Assembly (NCBI RefSeq): GCF_009914755.1
Contig: NC_060930.1
Length of the DNA stretch: 64,000 bases
Strand: one strand, 5' to 3'
DNA from: the human T2T-CHM13v2.0 reference genome, Homo sapiens
The notes under the pieces were generated by a model, which was not told where the DNA came from, did no database searches, and was given only the letters and a program-made list of their open reading frames with translations. Positions 36,830 to 51,880 of the stretch are shown here, piece by piece. Position numbers and translations under genes: made by a program. Each line of letters opens with the position of its first letter. The first letter of the stretch is position 1.

Positions 36830-37264
36830 GGAAGAACCTTTCCTAATCAGTTCAATCAACAGTTTTAATTTTCACCTGTTACTAACTGGACTCCTCTGGG
36901 GCTGATGACCATGACATCTTGCTGTTCTCCCACCTCTTGCCCAGGTTCATCATGGCCACTTCATTATTCCTCAGTATTAGCACCAGTGAGAAATTAAGAG
37001 AAGGCACAAAACCCCTCGTTTTGCTACTTGATAGTCTGATGAGTGGAGAGTAGAAATAATGCACTAAAGGAAATCTTCACATTTTGAACATATCGTGTTC
37101 ATTGATTGCAATGACAATAGCCAAGGTTAACTGAGACAAACTTGAATTTTGGTTAACCCATAAGAATCTCCTGCCAATCCAAAGGGGCAGGAGGGAGTGA
37201 TCATCCGAAAGCCCCTGTGCAAACCTTGCTCTAGGCCCTCTGTCTCCCAAGGGAGTAGCATTGA

Positions 37265-37456
<192 letters not shown>

Positions 37457-39525
37457 TAGAAATCCACAAAGTGTAAGCTGTGAGATGGGAGGGTAGTAGA
37501 TGCTCTCGCAGCACATTTTAGCTGCATCTTGGTCTCTGTGGCAGCAAGAACTTCCTCTGGAAGACCTGCTCTGAGGCCCATTCTCAGTAGCAAGTTAGAG
37601 TTTGGGAGTGTGGGGTGGTTCTCCATCATGGTTCACTTCCTGTCTATTATTCAAGTGATCACTTCCTCTCTATTGTACAAAATGCCTCAAAGGGGATTTT
37701 TGCCTGTGTCCTGTCTCAGCATAAAGAGACACACACATGCACATTAGTGAGTATGGGCAAGACTTGCCGGAAATGTGTGTCAATGACCAAATTTACCATT
37801 GGAGAAAAAATGGGGATTAAAAACTTAATTTTTTTCTCATCTTAATTTCTCTTGGTCAGTGAATATGACATGGAAAATGATCTATTCAAGTTGGGGAGTT
37901 GGGGGAAGACACAGATCTCATGGAATCTAAGAAAAAGGAGGCCTCCAGAAAGAGTTTACTCTGCCACCATGCTATTATTGAGACATGGCCATCAACCAAC
38001 TCAGCTCTGAGTCTATTCATTCAGGTTATCTAGAGATGGACTCTGATTGGCTCCTCTGGCATCAAGTGGCCAATCCTGAGTGAGTCAGCAGTGGCTGGGG
38101 TGGAGTCACGTAGTACAGTGGGCTGCCCTACTGGGTCTTTGGAGAAGGTGGTTCTCTAAGAAAGGACCATATAAATTGTCCTCCAACAGCTATTAGGAAA
38201 AGGTCTTTTGATAATACAGTTGAAAACTATTTTTAGAAATGGTTGCAACACTAATTCATGTAGTAGAACTCTAAGAAATAAGAACTTTTATGGGGAACAC
38301 AGAATGTTGGAGTGTTTGCACTTATAACCTCTTCCAAATTCACCTTTAATAACTGTAGTTATAGAGTGTGATTCAAATTTCACATCTTCAGATATGCTAC
38401 AGTGTGGTTTACTAAAGTGCTTCTAGTTTTCTTTGGGTCTGTGTATAATGTCATAAAACTTGGCAAACACACAGTAAGAAGGACAGTACTTGCAAAGAAA
38501 TAACTATGACTGTTTTATGCATGGGCAGAAGGCCATCCAGTGTCTTTCATAAATCTCTGGTTATATCTGGAACTTGCTGGGTCATCAAAGATGTTATTTT
38601 CAAAAAATGTTGATTTAGCTTTAAGCCATTGATTTCTACCTTAGGTCATAATACTTTTTTATTTTCCTGCACTATGGTCATCATAACATTCTCAACTATA
38701 TCATATCCTTAGATGACAGGAACAAAAATACAAGGAGAGAGAAAAGATTTTGGCCACAGAAAAGGTGGGGAATTGAGTTATTACTGGTGCAAACATGTTG
38801 GGATGCATTTGGTCTTCTCTTCGCATAATTAAAGGCTTTGCTTGCCACAGTGGCAAGGCCAAAATGCCAGGCATGCTAACCCATTCCAACTTGACACCCC
38901 TGCCTCACATCCTGGGCTCTAAGTATCACTGTGTTCTCATGCAGCAAAAGCCTTGCTAATTTCCTAGAACTGCTGCTGTTTATACCAGGCAAGGTAGGAA
39001 GTGAAACAGGCAAGAATTTTCTTAGGTAGCCAAAGTGAGACATGTCAGCAGAAGAAAAGCCAGCTCTACTTTTAGACAGAGAGAGTCCCTTTTATTTATT
39101 GAAGGTATTTTCTTGCATCTTTTCCTTGTCCTAGAGAGACAATGCATATATTGCTTCTCCCAGATAAATTAAAATAAAAATACAACAACAAGAAATAATT
39201 GGGAGTGGAGAAGGTAGACTTGACCTTCACTAGTTCTGAAGAAATGCATTTGCCAGCAATATGATCCATGCCTGTTCTCTGTGTATTTACCATGCTGTTG
39301 ATGACCAGCCTTGAAATACATGCAAGAAATCAAGGAAGAAAACTCTTGATGTGTGTCCTTTAAAGAATCTAAGAGATCAGTTATTTGAAAAAATCTCAGA
39401 AGTTACCTGTCTTGGATGGTGGGTAGAAACAGAGAATGTTAATGATATGAAGAATTTACTCCTAACTTCATATTCTACAGATACTGATCTTTATGGCATG
39501 GTAAGAACTGAGAATTAGTTGAAGA

Positions 39526-39819
39526 ATGACCTCCAGTGGCCTGGAGTGGGATTATTATGAATTTCAACCTGTGGAAACCAGTTCTTTAGATTATGCAACT
39601 CCAGGAGCAAATTCTTTCTTGCTTCCTGCCAATCGTGTCAACTCTCATTGGAGTGCTAATGCCATCTCTGATTGGTCAATGAGCAATCACATAGCTCCCG
39701 CCTCAGAAATAGTCCAGGATGCTGTGGCCACAGTGAAAGCCATGAAAGAAGACAAAAATAAGAAAAACCACAGAGGGAAGGTTAGGAAGGACCCTAGAAG
39801 ATCAGAGAGAGAAAAAGAG
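39526..39819 (+). CDS. ANKRD6: Candidate alternative first coding exon of ANKRD6 (98-aa alternative N-terminus spliced to exon 4)
   Basis: ATG with A at -3 and an in-frame TGA two codons upstream; 98 open codons in repeat-free DNA; phase-0 donor GAG|gtcagc; upstream acceptor ctaacttcatattctacag ends at 39480. Confidence 0.65.
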
Positions 39820-40398
39820 GTCAGCAACTTGCTTTACACACCTAACCTGTCTTGAGCTTCCTTGCAGTATGTCTGCCTGTGCCACATGGGGGTGGTTCCT
39901 CTTGAAGAGGCGCACACTGCACCCTTGCATGACTGAAATCTGCCAACACTACACTCACTCTTTTTCACCATGTAGGAAAGAAAAATAACAGTATTTCAAA
40001 ACAAAGATTTAGACCTTATAGGCACCAAAGCTCTTAAAATCCCAAAGTGAGAAACACTGTCTCAGAAAAACTGAGAGCTGGCAGTTCACGTACTTCGCAA
40101 ATGGGTCAACATGTTCCAAATCAAAGTGCCAAACTGCAAGGTTGCAGGCCCTTCAGGTTTCCAGCTACAGCATCTTTCCTTCTGCTTCTTGTAGTTAATC
40201 ATTCAACAAATGCTTTTGGGGCAGCTCTAGTGGCTATGCTTTACTTTATGAAAGAGGCAGTCCCAACCCCACAGATGCATCTGACCTTTTCTGAGGCTCG
40301 TCCTAAGGTTAATGACTTCACAGGTTGGAAGCAGGTTGGGGTGAGTGCAAAGAGCCTTGACAATTTGATTTCTGGTCCAAGCATGCTGTCCTAGGCTT

Positions 40399-40446
40399 AT
40401 CAATAAAATGAGAGAATTAGACATCAATAAAATGAGAGAATTAGAC
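40399..40446 (+). repeat. Perfect 24-bp tandem duplication containing AATAAA
   Basis: atcaataaaatgagagaattagac x2. Confidence 0.95.
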
Positions 40447-40478
40447 TTGGCACACAGTAGGGAGTCAATAAATATTCA

Positions 40479-40775
<297 letters not shown>

Positions 40776-42137
40776 TCACCAAATAGATAATTCAGTAAAC
40801 ACTGTTGAGAGTGCTCTACCTTTTCCCAGCATTTAAGAATTTCATGATTGACTTAGGTAGGTATCATATGCAAGTAAGAATTATGTCAAAGTAGCCACTT
40901 GTATGTATTGAGGCCACATCTTGTTTCTTCGTGTCATTTCAAGGAGGAAATGTTTCAATGGTAAATTTTAATCTTATAGGAGGAAAGAGTCCATTTGTAG
41001 ATAACTGACCCTGTTTCAACTGAGGGCCTCAAGGTACTAAATTGTGTTGTATTCTAGGGAAGAATAGATCCAAGATGATAACCTGAGGCAGCTATTGTTT
41101 ACATGTTTCATGTCTCTCACCTCAGAGCCTTTAATTCTCATCTTGGTTACTTGAGAAGGGTGGGTTTTTCAAAGCCTGAGAAAGCGTATTGCCCAGTCCT
41201 CCAGAACCATTCCAGCTAGTGTCAGCACAGCTAGCAGTACAGCCAAGGACAGCCACTTTTGGTAGGGAGAGTCCGAGCCTGGCCTGACAGCAGTGTTTAT
41301 CTGACCCGGGCTCTCGGTGAGGTCTCTGTCTGAGAGGACGGCTGGAGGGGGAGCTGTGGCCTGGAAACAGGCAGGACAGCCAAAAGGTCCCCCAGAGGAA
41401 GGGGTGTGCAGGACCTTTGCCAGCAGCTTAGGACACTATGTGTTCTCGCCGCAACCTCACACAAGTCATTAGATTTCCTTGAGTCTTGCTAGTCTGGAAA
41501 TGTCCTCCTAAGGTCTGAACTGAAAGTTAGATTGAGCTGCTTGCATTGAGCTAGAGTTTCACAAAGGAAAATTTTCTCAAAGGAAGCAAATACAGTAGAT
41601 TGATGATGAAAGCAAGTAATAAATAACTTGGTGCCATTCCGGCTCCAAAGATACCTCAACTCATAATTTAGAGGGCAGCTTGTGAAACATGACAAAAAAT
41701 ATTTGACCTAAACCAAGGCTTAGGTTAGTCTGTGCCGTACCATCCAGTGAAGGCCCTTCGTGAAATAATTTGTACAGCAAGAGTGGCTAACACGACCCAT
41801 ATGCTCAGGGCTTGTTGCTCATACTTCATGAACAATACAGAGTGATAAGCTTTGTCCTGGAAAAAGTTGTTTTTATTGGTCCAAAGAGCACTAGAGTGTA
41901 AGTAGTTTGTGGTTATATTAAAAAGCCTGTAAGAAGTGGAAATCTAACCAAGTCAGCACTACCCTGAAAGCGTGAGCTGCAGTCGCGTGGTTCTTGCTAA
42001 GAAGGGCACCGTCTTTCTTATCAGGTCAGTAATCATCATTGCACTGGAGGCCTATTTTGGGAAATTCCGTCACCATTCTGATAGAGAAATGGGAAGTCTT
42101 GGAAATCTTACGGAAATTTTAAAAAGTTGAGACGTGG

Positions 42138-42450
<313 letters not shown>

Positions 42451-44238
42451 TCATATGATTACTAGTTTCCTTGTCTAGAACTGCTTTCTAAGAGGTCTGA
42501 GGTAGACAGCGCAAATGGCACAGCCTACCTCCTGCAGCCACTGACCCAGCGGCCACATTCTTTTTTTAACCACTGCAAGGGTTCTCTTTGAATAAGGGGT
42601 CTGGGAAGGTGGATGAGAAGAAAACCAGCCTGAACCTAACTGATAACAGGAATAATAGTTTAGGATGCTGAAGGGGGGAGGTCGGTGGTGGCAGTGCTGA
42701 GGACAGTGATCTGTCCTCAGTGTCCTGACCCCCCCTCACTGCAGAAATTCCTTACCTTCCACAAATGAACAGTGGGAAGAGAGTCTGTGACAGGGACAGT
42801 CCTGTTACTGGGGTATTGTTTCTGCTCAGACTTCTAATAAGTAGCGGTTTTTCCTGATGCTAAAAGTTATCTGTGTTAAATATAAAAAGCTGGAAAATAT
42901 TAAAAAGTATAAAAAGTTAAAAGAGAAAAATCCTTTCATGGATTTTTAAAGGGAGACTTTTTAATTTTAAGAAAGCAATTTTGAGTTTTAACTAGGATTT
43001 TTTATTGTAATAAAATATACATAGCATTAAATTTACTGTCTGAACATATTTACGTATACGGTTCAGTGGCATTAAGTACACTCACATTGTTGTGCAACCA
43101 TCACCACCATCTATCTTTAGAACTTTGTTTCAGATTACATGTTTTTAATGTGCATTGTTTGTTACAGATCTGGGGAGTTTAGTAAGTAGAATCAGTATTT
43201 CGTTAAGGTTGTTTATAGGTAGCAGTGCATCCTTCTTTTAAAAAATCTGTTTTATCTTATGATGGCCTCTGTCCTCTTTTGGGCCAAGCACGAGGGACGC
43301 CCCAGAATGTTTTCTTTGCCCCTCTGGTGCTCTGCCAGGAAACTTCACAAAACTCTGACCAGCCACATCATAGAATCCAAGAAGGCAATGGAGGGACCCT
43401 GGGATCATCCAGGGTGACACACCTGAGGTCCAGCAGGGTGACAGGCTTCTAGCAAGCCATGCACAGCCCAGGCCTCCTGACCCCTTGTCTCGTGCTCATT
43501 GCTTTCCACCAGAACATTTCCACACTGCCCACCCATCCTCCCTTTCAAGGCTGGACCACAGGCTCAGCTTGATTTACCTCAACTTAGCTTCCTGAGGACC
43601 TGTCAGAGATAAAGGGTGCTCTTAGAGACTTCAGAACTCTCCTGTTACAGTCTTGACCTGCTTACCTCTGGGAGTGTTTCATCCTTCACTCAACTGCAAT
43701 TAGGAAGAGTCAAGTTCCCTTTGGCGCCTAAAGGAGAACAACGGCCGGCAATCCCAGGAATCCGATCATAGAGAAGAGGGCTCAGAGTGCAGCATAAATC
43801 AGTGAGGATGTTGTCATGAACTCTCTGAAGAGGCTTCTTAGAAATATGCAGTGATAGCTGCAGTCCCTGGAGTCCTCAGATGAAATAGGGCAAACCCCTG
43901 CATTGCCGTTGACTAGTACAGGTCAATGAACAAATGACCCGCCTGTCATCAAATCATGAGTGCTGCTAACTGGCAGAGCTGGACAGTGGTCCCCCTGCAA
44001 GCTGGAAACTCGGCAGGCAGTAGAGATTCCAGGCATTGCTGCTTTAATTGCATAGCACACACCTGCCCTCACACCCACTCTTCACACCTGTGATAGTCAT
44101 AGCCCCTGGATGGCAGGAGAGAGCCTGACCCTCATTTTGAGGTTGGCTCTGTGGCCGAGGGCTATTCTTGCTGTCGGCTTAAGGTCCCCCTCTTAGTTTA
44201 TGAACAAAATTTCTCTGCCAGCGTGCGTTGTCTACTAA

Positions 44239-44517
<279 letters not shown>

Positions 44518-44698
44518 TGAGCTTCCTTACTCCCCAAGGCAAGGGAAGCCAGTGGCTCAGGGGAGCTGGAGGAGCCCGCTCTGGAAACTTTTGAGTCCTC
44601 GAGGTATTATAATTCCTGTCTTACCACTTATGATTTAACATGATTAAATCAGCCTAAAATTCCTTTGAAACACTATCTGGTATCCCAGCCAATTGTAA

Positions 44699-44860
44699 TT
44701 TTTTTTTTTTTTTTTTTTTTTGGAGAGAGGGTCTCACTCTGTTGCCCAGGCTGGAGTGCAATGGCATGATCATAGCTCACTGCACCTGGAACTCCTGGGC
44801 TCAAGTGCTCCTCCCACCTCATCCTCCCAAAATGCTGGCATGAGCCATTGTGCCCAGCTG
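44699..44860 (-). mobile_element. Alu monomer (FLAM/AluJ)
   Basis: Poly-T plus a single arm; flanking gccaattgta repeat. Confidence 0.8.
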
Positions 44861-45080
44861 CCAATTGTATTTTTTAAAAATCTTTTTCCTTGTTCTATGG
44901 CACCAGTGACAACCACATAAATCTTAAATGGTAAAGAAAAAAATCTAGAAATAAGGACCTATGTAGGCCTGGGTCGGGGGGGTAAGGGATGTGCCCCAGA
45001 CTTTCTCTTTACTTTCTTAGATAAGTGAGCAAGTTAATTTCTTTAAACTATATTGCAGGGAAAAAAAAGTAAGCTCAACT

Positions 45081-45737
<657 letters not shown>

Positions 45738-46481
45738 TTAAGGAATCCTAATGACTTCTTACATATTAACCTAATGTTTTTAAATTTTCAAACAATCTTA
45801 AAACACAAAACTTCACAATTAAGTGCAATTCAGCCTCTGCTTACTTTTTTTTTTTTCTTTAAAGAGGCTATGCTGGGAAGAACTCTGCTTTACTTTTTAA
45901 AAATAACTTTTCATTAAAGTATAATATACATACAGAAAAGTGGACAAATAAGTGTGCAGCTTGTTGAATTTCACTAGCAGAACACACCTGTGTGAGCACC
46001 CAGCTCAAGAAGCAGCTCATTGCCAGCACCCAGAAGCCCCATACCCTGTGCCCCCTGCCCCTTGCATCCCCGCTTTCCTTTGGCTTCCTCCTTCTGCAGT
46101 CAGTCCCACTGCCCGGGCCACACACCGCCAATACAGTTCCCAGCAACCACCCCATCCCCTGGCCTTTGAGACCCTAGACTTCCCCTTGTGGAGGTCAGCT
46201 GTGTTAGGCCTTTATTTTTAGCTGTTTCTAGGGGCATGGATGTGGTTGAGTTAAAGCTGAAGCCAGAGCCTGGATGTAATTGGAGAATGCACCTGCACTG
46301 ACCTCTGCTGATTGCCCTGCACCCTTCCTTCTCCGGGCTCTTCCCTCCCTGGAACTCCTGCCTTCCCGCCCCCACCCCACTCAATTCATTGCACTTAATG
46401 ATATTTCTTTGTTTAAAATAGTAAGCTAAGCAAATATGAGCTATGTTCATTAAATGACTTCTATTTAAAAGCAACACATTA

Positions 46482-46765
<284 letters not shown>

Positions 46766-47383
46766 AGGCCACACATTGAGGATACTTGTTTGTTTTATTT
46801 CCAAATCACTGTTTCCTCAGTCCCTGTTCATTATTTGTTTGGGGCCCTGAGGCTTTTGAATTAAGGTGGGTGAGATTAAGTTTCAGTGAAAAAAAGTTGG
46901 GGAATCGATCAGGCCCCTGAATCTTATGAAGATGGCCTCTTCCTTTGCCTGATCTTTGCAGGGTTCTCTCTGATGCCAGGAGCAGAGCAGACTCTAAGGG
47001 TGGTGGAGGTGGGAAGAAATAGATGGCATGCTATCCTGATGATGCTTTCTGTTAAACGAGAGCTGTGGATGGGGCCTAGAGCCTCTCTCAACTGGGGTTC
47101 CTAGAGAGACTTAACCTCTAATGCCTTATGAACAATCATCCATGGTTCGTCATGGATTCATTTCTCTTCTGTGCATCTAGAATGGTTCTTATGATGTATC
47201 ATTTCTGGGATAATGGAGAAACTTACCACTCAAATCATCTTCTGTAGTCTGTGGCTCAGATGAGAAAGTCCAATTGAGAAAGGCCGTCTGGTGTTCCGTA
47301 AAAATCCACTGTGATGTATTGATCATAATGAGAAGAATTAGGTCTTGGGTAATGTGCCTTTCCCACCTGTGTGTCTTCCTTAG

Positions 47384-47500
<117 letters not shown>

Positions 47501-47862
47501 TAGAATGCCTCATTCACAGGTGAGGATGGCTGTGGGTTTCTCCCCCTGTGGGAGCCTTCTTCCAGTGAGAAGAGTGAGAGCCCAGAGTGGCACGAGGAAC
47601 CTGAAGGTCCATTCGGCCCAGAAGTTTCATTTGCAGAAAAGGCTAGAAGCTGATTGATATTCCAGGTCAGGAGCAAGCGCACCAACAGCGCCAAAACCCT
47701 GCTTATGTGAGAGGCCCCTGACTGCTGCTGGGAATCTACATGCGATTACTGTCCCATAGTTTTTTTGTATTCAAAAAATATGGCAATGGAGTTGGCATTA
47801 AAAAAATCAGCAAAAGAACTTTAAAATGCTAATACTGAAAATTAGTAAAGTGGGCTCCCCTA

Positions 47863-48753
<891 letters not shown>

Positions 48754-49031
48754 TCATACAGTGGAATATAATTAATATTAAAATCGTAGTTTTGAAAATA
48801 ATGCTTTCCACTGTTAAAGAACATCACAAAGAGATATAAGATCATATATAGTACATGTCCCAGTGCTTAATATAAATTTGTGTATTTAAAAATTTAAGCA
48901 CAGAAGAATATCATCAGAATATTAACAGTGGTTATCTCTGGGAATTGAGGCTAAGATTGATTTTTATTTTTGTACCTTTCCCAAATTTTCCAAAATGAAC
49001 CCATTATTTCTTTTACAATTGGGAGAAGAGA

Positions 49032-49450
49032 CTTTTTTTTTTTTTTTTTTTGGATACAGAATCTCGTTCTGTCACCCAGGCTGGAGTGCAATGGCACACT
49101 GTCGGCTTATTGCAACCTCTGCCTCCTGAGTTCAAGCGATTCTCCTGCCTCAGCCTCCTAAGTAGCTGGGCATGTGCCCCCACGCCCGGCTAATTTTTCC
49201 ATTTTTAGTAGAGATGGGGTTTCACCATGTTGGCCAGGCTGGTCTTGAACTCCTGACCCCGTGATCTGCCCGCCTCAGCCTCCTAAGTATCTGGGCATGT
49301 GCCCCCACGCCTGGCTAATTTTTCTATTTTTAGTAGAGATGGGGTTTCACCATGTTGGCCAGGCTGGTCTTGAACTCCTGACCCCGTGATCTGCCCACCT
49401 CGGCCTCCCAAAGTGTTGGGATTACAGGCGTGAGCCACTGTGCCCATGCC
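49032..49450 (-). mobile_element. AluS with an internal 125-bp tandem duplication
   Basis: 49147-49271 repeated at 49272-49396. Confidence 0.93.
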
Positions 49451-49732
49451 AAGAGATATACTTTATCTCAAAAATAAAAAAGCGTTATCAGTACTCTGGA
49501 GATATTTGCAGTTGAGGTAAGAAGGGTCATAAAAGGGCTTACCCTCTTTTCTTTCCCTGGATGGCCAGATTGGGTCTGTAGCAGGGGCCTGAGAATTTCC
49601 CACAGTGCACTGCCACATCACAGAGTGGTAGCTTCAGCTAATAGTGGTAGGATAATGAATCAGGTGGGCTAGAATGGGGTTCTAGGTGGCAGTAGCCTGG
49701 GGACAATGGGCAGCAGTAAGTACCCTCCCTAA

Positions 49733-49764
49733 TACACACACACACACTATATATATATATATAT
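49733..49764. repeat. (CA)n(TA)n compound microsatellite
   Basis: acacacacacacactatatatatatatatat. Confidence 0.9.
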
Positions 49765-50667
49765 GTACAATTTCATGGCCAAGTCAAATCTGAAACCATA
49801 GTATCTCTAGCTTATGACACACAGACATCTGCATACAAGATCTTCAACAGCAATGCCAGGCAAATCAAGCTATAGAAATATACCCCATCAATGAAGTGAC
49901 TTCTCCAGACCTTGCATGCTGCAGGAAATAGAAATGACAGCCTGAAACTCCTTTGTGAACGTAATCTCTGTGGGAGCAAGAGAACCCACCTCAGTGGCTT
50001 TGCCCTCCGGTGAAATCTCCTGGCTCTCACTACTTTTCCATTGGTTCATTAGAGAGCATAGTTAAGCAAGCCATGCCTTCGTCATTTTCATCCGTCTCCC
50101 CTCTCCAGTCCCTCATTACATCTTAGGACATCTTCAAGTCTCACACCTGTTCCTCTTTCCATGCTCATTCTTAAGCATGCCCTGGATTATTTCAGATGCC
50201 TCAAGCAGATTGGCAGGCTCAAATCTAGTCCCTCCTTTCATCCTGCTCTTCCTCTGCTCAGCGACCTTCTCATAAAGCTCCTGTCTGACACTGTCTATAA
50301 GCCTCTGCTGGCCCACCTCTGGAGTTCCTCCTGGCTCCTTTCCCCTAGAGCACCTCCTGTGCCCTCAGAGTGGGGCTCACTGGCCTGCTTCTCATTCCTG
50401 CCTATAGACCTCCAACCTGGCCCCAGGCCCTCTCCCTCCCCGAAGACCCACTGGGCTGCTTCTGCAACTCTCCCTTGGCACCGCATGCAGCTTTGTGCTG
50501 TCGTTTCCTAGTTCATATTTTTCATGGTTCCCTCATGGATCAAAAGCTTGAGGTCTGAGAGCAGCAAGCTACGTATGGTAATATCGCCGGTAGTGCCTGG
50601 CTCACAGCTCAGGAGGTGGGTGGCTGCCCATTTCTTCAAAATGCATATGGTCTGGAACAGGAGTTGA

Positions 50668-51288
<621 letters not shown>

Positions 51289-51504
51289 AGAAATTGTTTC
51301 TGTGTAAATAAAATGGCTTCAGAAGGACAGGTCAGGAAACTCATGCGTCTCAAAGGGAGGGACATTTTGTACCAGCCATAGCCCGTAGAAAGATCCTTCT
51401 TATTCAGCAGATGTAGCAGCTCCTGTCTGGGAAATCAGTACCCACTACTCAGGGTGGGGAAAAACGCCTGCTACATATATATCTACCCTAGGTCACATTT
51501 TCTA

Positions 51505-51880
51505 ATGTCAGGTTTTGAGATATAGGTATGAAGTCACGCTGTTCTGTGAGTTTTGACAAATGTATACGGTTGTGTAACCCCCACCATAAGATATAGAATG
51601 TTTCCATTGCCCCTTAATGTTCCTTTGCGCCCTCTGGTGGCAGGCCCCCAGTCACCCTCTCCCAGCCCCGGGCAACCACGGATCTGTTTTGCTTGTTCAT
51701 AAAGGTCATGTAAATGGAATCATACAGTATGCGGCCTTCTGTGTGTGGCTTCTTAAACTTAGCATAATGTTTTTGAGATTCCTCCGTGTCGTTACATGGA
51801 GGAATGGTTCACGCCTCTTTATTGCTGAGGAGTATTCCATTGTGTGGATCTACCACAATTTGTTTATCCAAACCTATGGT
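51505..51880 (-). mobile_element. Old L1M 3' fragment
   Basis: tgagttttgacaaatgtata...ggcaaccac...taaatggaatcatacagtat. Confidence 0.75.
51627..51641 (-). promoter_or_regulatory. CTCF core motif
   Basis: Reverse complement GCCACCAGAGGGCGC fits CCASYAGRKGGCRS at every position. Confidence 0.65.

Noticed and set aside
44631-44651. 8-bp AT-rich hairpin downstream of exon 4
   Set aside because: Short enough to be expected by chance in 64 kb.
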